From: Spirochaetota bacterium
Lineage (GTDB): Bacteria > Spirochaetota > UBA4802 > UBA5550
Direction of reading: 5' to 3'
DNA: 64,000 nucleotides
Assembly (NCBI GenBank): GCA_050298055.1
Contig: JBNKTL010000020.1
Coordinates: 22,265-86,264, forward strand
Part shown: positions 57,921-64,000 of the stretch, in pieces
Position numbering within the stretch: position 1 is the first letter of the stretch
How the letters are laid out: each line of letters starts with the position of its first letter
Program-made: the position numbers and the translations under genes
Notes under the pieces: generated by a model
Databases searched by the model: none
What the model saw: only the letters and a program-made list of their open reading frames with translations
What the model was told of the DNA's origin: nothing

Positions 57921-58724
57921 ATGAAAATTAATATAACCGGAAGACATTTATCAGTTTCTGACAGATTAAAAGAATACGCGGAATCAAAAATCCAGAAGCT
58001 GGAGAGGTATTTCAACCAGCTGATAGACGCGCATGTTATTCTTTATTCAGAAAAGCTTGATAAAGGGTCCGAAGTGATAATTAATGGAGATGGAATACAG
58101 TTTCATGGAAGGGAAACATCCGACAGTCTCTATTCAGCGATTGACCTGCTTTTTGAAAAGATGGAAAAACAGATTAGTAAATATAAAGAGAAGCACTCAT
58201 CGCATAAAGTCACGCCTCAGTCGGAGCTTATACCCTTTGATTACCAGAGCGATGAAGGCCTTCAGATCAGGATGAACCAGGTGAGCAATAAGCCGAAAGA
58301 TAAGATTGAGGCCTTTTTAGAGATGAAAGTCGACAACAGTGATTTCATCCTGTTCAAGAAAGGAATTCCCCGGGTTGATTCCAATATAGACTATTCAAAC
58401 AAGAGTTATGCCGTTATATACAGGAGCGACAATAACTTTAAGCTTGTCAAAATTCCCTTTGATAACATAAAGGAGAATGAACACAGGTTTGATTCTTTTG
58501 TTGAGTACGACATGAACGTCATAGATGACTCTGTTGCAAATCCTAATATTGAATTTAAGAAAAATCCGGATTGCAGTGTGAAGAAACTTACTCTTCATGA
58601 AGCCATTGAGGAGATAAGAAATACAGATAACCCGTTCATGACCTTTTTTAACACAGAGTCTCACTACTTTAATATTATCTATAAGAACGGAAAAGATTAC
58701 GAAGTGCTGGTTCCTGCTTTTTAA
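57921..58724 (+). CDS. hpf: Ribosome hibernation promoting factor, extended long form
   Basis: INITGRH, Y...KI.KLERYF and LYSAID...KMEKQ..KYKEK motifs; long C-terminus. Confidence 0.92.
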   Translation: MKINITGRHLSVSDRLKEYAESKIQKLERYFNQLIDAHVILYSEKLDKGSEVIINGDGIQFHGRETSDSLYSAIDLLFEKMEKQISKYKEKHSSHKVTPQSELIPFDYQSDEGLQIRMNQVSNKPKDKIEAFLEMKVDNSDFILFKKGIPRVDSNIDYSNKSYAVIYRSDNNFKLVKIPFDNIKENEHRFDSFVEYDMNVIDDSVANPNIEFKKNPDCSVKKLTLHEAIEEIRNTDNPFMTFFNTESHYFNIIYKNGKDYEVLVPAF

Positions 58725-58788
58725 AGATGTTTGATTTTTTCATGGATACGATTTTATTATACAGAGTTGTGTTGTTACGATAAATTTT

Positions 58789-59739
58789 ATGGCTGACAGG
58801 GTTTTAATAAAGGATTTTCTGGAGACTGCAGATGAGTTTGATATTGATCTGCGTCTTCTCGCGGGAAAAAAAGGTATGGAAAAAGAGATCCCTGTTGGTG
58901 ATATTAACAGGCCCGGACTCACCCTTGCCGGTTTTGACCAGTTTTTTGCTTATGAAAGAATCCAGATCTTCGGCCGCGGTGAGCAATCATATATGCAGCA
59001 GCTAACGGAGGAGGAGCGGCGGAAGGTTTATGACCGGTTCTTCTCCTATGATATTCTCTGTTGTATTTTTACTCATAATGTTGAACCTGATGAAGAGTTT
59101 ATCAGGATTTCAGAAGAAAAAAACGTCCCGGTTTTTATTACTGAACGAAAAACTTCCCGGTTTATAAGTTCCCTTGTACATATCCTTGATGAAATATTCG
59201 CGCCATCCATCACACTGCATGGGACCCTTGTTGATGTTTTCGGGGTCGGCATGCTGCTTCTGGGAAAGAGCGGTGTGGGAAAGAGCGAGTGTGCCTTAGA
59301 GCTCATTGAAAGGGGACACCGCCTTGTAGCAGATGATATGGTTCTTATTAAGAAGATTGATGAATCCCTGCTTCTGGGGAGCGGGACTCCCGTGCTGAAA
59401 CATCACATGGAGATCCGCGGGATGGGAATAATCAATGTACGTGATATTTTCGGAATACGGTCCGTGAGAAACCGGAAAAGAATTGAAGTTGTTGTTCTTC
59501 TTGAAGAATGGGACAGCAACAAGGAATATGACAGGCTTGGCCTCGAGGAGAAAAAATATACAATCCTTGACCAGGAGGTCCCCTACATCACAGTCCCTGT
59601 ACGTCCCGGAAGGAACATCCCGGTTATTATTGAAACCGCGTCTCTCAATCACCGGTTGAAGAAACTCGGAATATTCTCAGCACACGAGTTTGACAGAAAA
59701 ATCCAGGAATGGATGAAAAGGGAGAATGCGCAGCAATGA
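58789..59739 (+). CDS. hprK: HPr kinase/phosphorylase
   Basis: NRPGL, GKSGVGKSECALELIERGHRLVADD, EIRGMGII and PVRPGRN motifs. Confidence 0.98.
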   Translation: MADRVLIKDFLETADEFDIDLRLLAGKKGMEKEIPVGDINRPGLTLAGFDQFFAYERIQIFGRGEQSYMQQLTEEERRKVYDRFFSYDILCCIFTHNVEPDEEFIRISEEKNVPVFITERKTSRFISSLVHILDEIFAPSITLHGTLVDVFGVGMLLLGKSGVGKSECALELIERGHRLVADDMVLIKKIDESLLLGSGTPVLKHHMEIRGMGIINVRDIFGIRSVRNRKRIEVVVLLEEWDSNKEYDRLGLEEKKYTILDQEVPYITVPVRPGRNIPVIIETASLNHRLKKLGIFSAHEFDRKIQEWMKRENAQQ

Positions 59740-60005
59740 CAGAAAAGGAAGTTGTGGTAAAATCCGATGCCGGCGTCCACGCCAGGCCGGCAATGATGCT
59801 CGTACGGGAAGCAATGAAATACCCCTGTAGAGTAATGCTGGTTAAGGATAATGTTGAGGCAGATTGTAAATCGATAATGTCGGTGCTCGGTCTAGCAATA
59901 ATATCCGGGAGTAAGCTGACAATAAAAGCTGACGGTGAAGGAGAAGAGGAAATTGTGGAGATACTCCACAATCTTATCCGGAGTGATTTCAGCACAGACA
60001 ACTGA
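59736..60005 (+). CDS. ptsH: Phosphocarrier protein HPr
   Basis: GVHARPA (His15) and KSIMSVL (Ser46) motifs. Confidence 0.95.
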   Translation: MTEKEVVVKSDAGVHARPAMMLVREAMKYPCRVMLVKDNVEADCKSIMSVLGLAIISGSKLTIKADGEGEEEIVEILHNLIRSDFSTDN

Positions 60006-60134
60006 ATCTCCCGTTCCTGCACCGGTTTGTATTAAAATTTCCTGTAGTGACTCAAGCTGTCATTTTGACAAATTGTTATTCATAATGTCATTTCCGTAAC
60101 AATTTTTTTAATATCTACCGGAACTTCTTATTGG

Positions 60135-61922
60135 ATGAAAAAGCTTATCAGCAATAAAAACATCAGGATTGATGAGAACAGGCTGCAGGACCTGGTCTTT
60201 CTTATTGGGATTTTCCTCTTTTTTTCCGTTCTGATTATCGGACTTTATCCCGATTCCGAAACAGTCCCTCTAAAATGGACAAGATTTTTCATCTATACTG
60301 CAATGGCGGTACCGGTTTTTGCCGCTATCTATTTCATTGTCCTCTCGTTCAGGCGAAATTTTTATGTGGAAAGGATCAGTTTCAGTTCAAGTATAAGGAC
60401 CAAGCTGGCAATGGCATTGATCTTTGTGGCTGTGATACCAACACTGGTTATTGTTCTCGCGTCTAATAATTTTATAAACAGGACTATGTCCCTTCTTTTA
60501 TCCGGCAAAACATCAACTGCCCTGAACAGGGCTGTCGATCAGACAAAACAACAAATTCAGGATTTCAGCAGTAACTTTGGCCTTGAAATAGAGAACATGA
60601 GACTGCTTGTTGACAGAGGCATTGTTAATCCGGCTGCGAAAAATGATGTTGCCGGTGCCGCACAGGGGCTTTTAAAAAAGAATATCAAACTGTATGTATT
60701 CAGGACCCTGAAAAATAAACAGGGCAGGGGGTTACTTCCTGTTTATTCTCAGGAGGACAGGTATATGGGCAGGCTTATCCCCTTTGTATCAGGTCTTTCA
60801 GATCCCGGTTCCTTAAAGATACACAGGCTCAGTGTCGATAATATCGATCTCCTTATCGGTACAAGCTTTCATGATAAATTCCTGCTTCTTTTTACTACGA
60901 TTCTTCCGGAGTCCTTTTACACGGACTACAGTTTTTATATGAATTCTCTTGATGAATATAATCAGCATAAAGACCTGAGAGCGTTTTTTAAAAGCGGTTC
61001 CGGGCTTTTTCTCCTTATTTTGACAATAATCATACTTCTTATTTCTATCGTCGTGAGCCTGATACTCTCCAAAGGTATTACCCGGCCTGTACTGGAACTT
61101 GTGGAGTCTACCAAAAAGCTCTCGGGAGGAGACTTCAACATCAGGCTCTACAGAAAATCGGATGATGAGATGGGACTTCTCTACAGGGCGTTTAACCGGA
61201 TGGTCCGGGAGCTTGACAAGAACAGTGAGATGATGTACCAGAAACAAAAACTTGAAGCCTGGAGAGAAATGGCAAAGAAGGTCGTTCATGAAATCAAAAA
61301 TCCCCTTACACCCATAAGATTGTCCGCGGAAAGAATGAGAAAGAGATTTATCGAAAAACATGCGGATATTGAAAAGATCATTGTAAGCGGAACAGACACG
61401 ATAATCGAAGAGGTCAACAGCCTCATGGCAATACTGAGTGAATTTACCCGGTTCGCACGTCTTCCCGAGATGAAGCCCGAGGAGAACGATATTAACCAGC
61501 TTGTTGCCAGCTGTGTAAACCTCTTCTCGGGACATGAGAACATTACTTTTCAGCTTATACTTGATAAAAGAATACCGGCTGTTAAATTTGATCGAATACT
61601 GATAAAACAGGTCATTAACAACCTGCTTCAGAATTCTGTTGACGCCATAACTGACAGGGGGAATATAACGGTTGAGACCCGGTTCGTTAAAATTGATGAC
61701 AGGGATTACGCACGGATCAATGTTATTGATGACGGTATCGGTATAAGCGAGGAAGAGATCAAGAATATCTTCAAACCCGGATATTCAAAGAAGATGAACG
61801 GAACAGGTCTCGGTTTGGCCATTGTTGAGATGATCATCATAGAGCATAACGGTTATCTGAAATGTACCTCGATTCCCGAAAAAGGCACGGAATTTTACAT
61901 AGATCTCCCGGTTGAAATTTAA
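60135..61922 (+). CDS. NtrY-like HAMP sensor histidine kinase
   Basis: AWREMA..V.HEIKNPLTPIRLSAER, EF..FARLP and GTGLGL motifs. Confidence 0.92.
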   Translation: MKKLISNKNIRIDENRLQDLVFLIGIFLFFSVLIIGLYPDSETVPLKWTRFFIYTAMAVPVFAAIYFIVLSFRRNFYVERISFSSSIRTKLAMALIFVAVIPTLVIVLASNNFINRTMSLLLSGKTSTALNRAVDQTKQQIQDFSSNFGLEIENMRLLVDRGIVNPAAKNDVAGAAQGLLKKNIKLYVFRTLKNKQGRGLLPVYSQEDRYMGRLIPFVSGLSDPGSLKIHRLSVDNIDLLIGTSFHDKFLLLFTTILPESFYTDYSFYMNSLDEYNQHKDLRAFFKSGSGLFLLILTIIILLISIVVSLILSKGITRPVLELVESTKKLSGGDFNIRLYRKSDDEMGLLYRAFNRMVRELDKNSEMMYQKQKLEAWREMAKKVVHEIKNPLTPIRLSAERMRKRFIEKHADIEKIIVSGTDTIIEEVNSLMAILSEFTRFARLPEMKPEENDINQLVASCVNLFSGHENITFQLILDKRIPAVKFDRILIKQVINNLLQNSVDAITDRGNITVETRFVKIDDRDYARINVIDDGIGISEEEIKNIFKPGYSKKMNGTGLGLAIVEMIIIEHNGYLKCTSIPEKGTEFYIDLPVEI

Positions 61923-61937
61923 AAAAAGGATAGGAGA

Positions 61938-63293
61938 ATGGCTTCAATACTGATTGTTGATGATGAAAGTAATATCCTGAAAACCTTAAAGTCGATACTT
62001 GAGGATGAGGACCATGCTGTTTTTACCGCCCTCAATGGCGAGGAGGGATTAAACATTATTCAGGACCATGAAGTTGACCTGGCTATTCTGGACGTATGGC
62101 TTCCCGATATAGATGGTCTCGACCTCTTAAACAGGTTTAAAGAGGGTTTTCCTGATATAGCTGTTATCATGATGTCGGGACACGGTTCAATTGATATTGC
62201 CGTAAAGTCCACAAAAACCGGGGCCTTTGATTTTCTTGTGAAACCGCCCTCAATGGAACGGGTCTTAACATCCGTCAACAACGCCCTGGAGCATAAAAGA
62301 CTGAAAAATGAGAACATAAAACTGAGAAGAAAAAGTTTTGCCGAGGATGAGATGATAGGTGAAACTGATTCAATAAAGCGGATTAATGAGATCATCGATA
62401 CCTCTGCGAAGACAAACGCCCGGGTCTTTATCACCGGTGAGAGCGGTACGGGGAAAGAGCTTATTGCCCGGGCCATATACCAGAAATCCAACAGGGCGGA
62501 CCAGCCTTTTGTTAAAGTCAATTGCGCGGCAATCCCCGATGATCTCATCGAGAGTGAACTTTTCGGCCACGAAAGGGGAGCATTTACCGGGGCCGTAAAC
62601 CAGAGGATCGGTAAGTTTGAAAAGGCGCATAACGGGACCATTTTTCTCGATGAAATATGTGATATGAGCCTTGCCGTCCAGGCAAAGGTGCTCAGGGTTT
62701 TGCAGGAACAACAGTTCGAAAGAGTGGGAGGAAATGACGTAATCGATGTGGATGTGAGGGTCATATCGGCCACAAACATCGACGTAAAAAAAGCAATAGA
62801 TGAAGGGAGGTTCAGGGAAGACCTTTATTTCAGGCTCAATGTCATTCCCCTCATCGCTCCTTCCCTCTCCGAAAGAAGGGAAGATATTCCACTTCTCCTC
62901 GATTACTTCATGAACAAATTCTCTATCGAGCACGGGATCGGTATCAAGGAGATTTCGGAGGAGGGACTTGAATTCCTCATGGACTATTCGTGGCCCGGGA
63001 ATGTCAGGGAGCTTAAAAATATTATTGAGCGGCTTCTGATCATGGTCACAAAGAGCAGGATTGAGGTTAAAGATATTAAAAAATATATGGAATCATACGA
63101 TTACAATGACTATATGGGCAGGGAGATCTCTCCTCTTAAGACAGCCCTCCGGGAGTATGAAAAAAAATATATTATCAATGCCCTGAAAAAGAACGACAGC
63201 AATGCCGACCTGGCCGCCAGGGCGCTGGGTATCGAGACACGGAACCTTCATAAAAAATTAAAGCTTCTTGATATAGATATTAACAGGCTCTGA
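61938..63293 (+). CDS. NtrX/NtrC-like sigma-54 response regulator
   Basis: REC, GESGTGKE, GAFTGA, FLDEI, WPGNVREL and a Fis-type HTH. Confidence 0.95.
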   Translation: MASILIVDDESNILKTLKSILEDEDHAVFTALNGEEGLNIIQDHEVDLAILDVWLPDIDGLDLLNRFKEGFPDIAVIMMSGHGSIDIAVKSTKTGAFDFLVKPPSMERVLTSVNNALEHKRLKNENIKLRRKSFAEDEMIGETDSIKRINEIIDTSAKTNARVFITGESGTGKELIARAIYQKSNRADQPFVKVNCAAIPDDLIESELFGHERGAFTGAVNQRIGKFEKAHNGTIFLDEICDMSLAVQAKVLRVLQEQQFERVGGNDVIDVDVRVISATNIDVKKAIDEGRFREDLYFRLNVIPLIAPSLSERREDIPLLLDYFMNKFSIEHGIGIKEISEEGLEFLMDYSWPGNVRELKNIIERLLIMVTKSRIEVKDIKKYMESYDYNDYMGREISPLKTALREYEKKYIINALKKNDSNADLAARALGIETRNLHKKLKLLDIDINRL

Positions 63294-63306
63294 ACAGGCT
63301 GGAGAG

Positions 63307-63957
63307 ATGAAGCTCGCGGATCTGGTGAGAAAAATTCATGAAGGGAAAAAGGTCCCCCTCTATCGCGGTGAGGCGGAACGGGCCTTCCTGGAAAAATGGC
63401 TTGAAGAAAAAAGAGAAAAGCACCCCGTTCCGGAAGAGTCCGGAGACGGACGTACACTCCCTGAAGTTATTGAAAACTGTAAAAGGTGCGGTAATATCTC
63501 CGAGAGAAAAAAAAGTTTTGGGAGCGGTGCCAATGGTGTGATGATAGTCCTTAACGCGCCGGGGATGTTAAGCAGGGATGAACGCGAGTTATACAGGAGC
63601 CGGTCCGTGGAACTGCTCAGGAAAATCGTTGATGCCCTCCCTCTTGTTTTCGATGACTGCTATATCACGAACCTGATAAAGTGCGAGACGTGGGACATGC
63701 TCCAGAAACCGAGCATTATGCTTTTAGAATGCATGACCATTTTTTTAAGGGAGTTAAAAGAGATAAAACCGGAAGTAGTGCTCGTCATGGGTGATATGCT
63801 CCCCCTGCAGAAACTGGTGAATGAGAATCCCGGTATTCACTGGTTCACCATCCACCATCCCATAACAATGATTAAAAACAGCGAATTAAAAAGGCCCGCC
63901 TGGAATACCCTCAAACTTGTCATAGACAGGCTCGAAGAACTGGGACATGTTCGCTGA
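63307..63957 (+). CDS. Uracil-DNA glycosylase family 4-like protein
   Basis: CKRC, YITNLIKC, P.V...MG, HP and KRPAW motifs. Confidence 0.8.
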   Translation: MKLADLVRKIHEGKKVPLYRGEAERAFLEKWLEEKREKHPVPEESGDGRTLPEVIENCKRCGNISERKKSFGSGANGVMIVLNAPGMLSRDERELYRSRSVELLRKIVDALPLVFDDCYITNLIKCETWDMLQKPSIMLLECMTIFLRELKEIKPEVVLVMGDMLPLQKLVNENPGIHWFTIHHPITMIKNSELKRPAWNTLKLVIDRLEELGHVR

Positions 63958-64000
63958 TCTCTATGTACCGTTTCCGGTAAAAGGACCTTTTACCTACCGC
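63947..64000 (+). CDS. priA: Probable primosomal protein N' N-terminus (truncated by window)
   Basis: MFADLYVPFPVKGPFTYR resembles the PriA N-terminal pattern; only 18 codons are visible. Confidence 0.6.
   Translation, partial: MFADLYVPFPVKGPFTYR

Noticed and set aside
57679..57924. 81-aa ORF upstream of hpf, and the many antisense or overlapping ORFs in the track (e.g. 25435-26154, 60813-61535, 62060-62779)
   Set aside because: They are AT-rich promoter DNA or shadows of well-supported genes, with no RBS or recognisable motifs.

Overview
Gene-dense chromosomal window from a motile spirochaete, probably Leptospira-like; this is inferred from miaA-hfq, tgt-STAS-LysM lipoprotein, bS22 and hpf-hprK-ptsH. 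It holds about 65 CDS. These cover translation and tRNA modification (miaA, rsmI, tgt, dus, bS22, hpf), motility and signalling (cheW, flgM, an RpoS-like sigma factor, STAS, two PP2C phosphatases, creBCD, a heme-c hybrid kinase, an NtrY/NtrX-like pair), partial cobalamin synthesis (cobQ, cbiB, cobD), an MNT-HEPN toxin-antitoxin pair and many lipoproteins. I found no rRNA, tRNA, CRISPR array or transposase. The main unexplained signal is non-coding: eight dispersed copies of a ~140-bp, almost fully palindromic element. It has GTAACTACTCAG...CTGAGTAGTTAC ends, 8-bp target-site duplications and a covarying GC-rich central hairpin, which fits an IS66-type MITE that may have been co-opted as a regulatory structure. 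Several other REP-like palindromes occur alongside it. Other highlights are two small genes missed by the ORF track (bS22 and a sigma28-driven 51-aa protein), an Fe-ADH homolog lacking all metal ligands, an HPF with a duplicated C-terminal domain, and a triple cre-tag upstream of creD.
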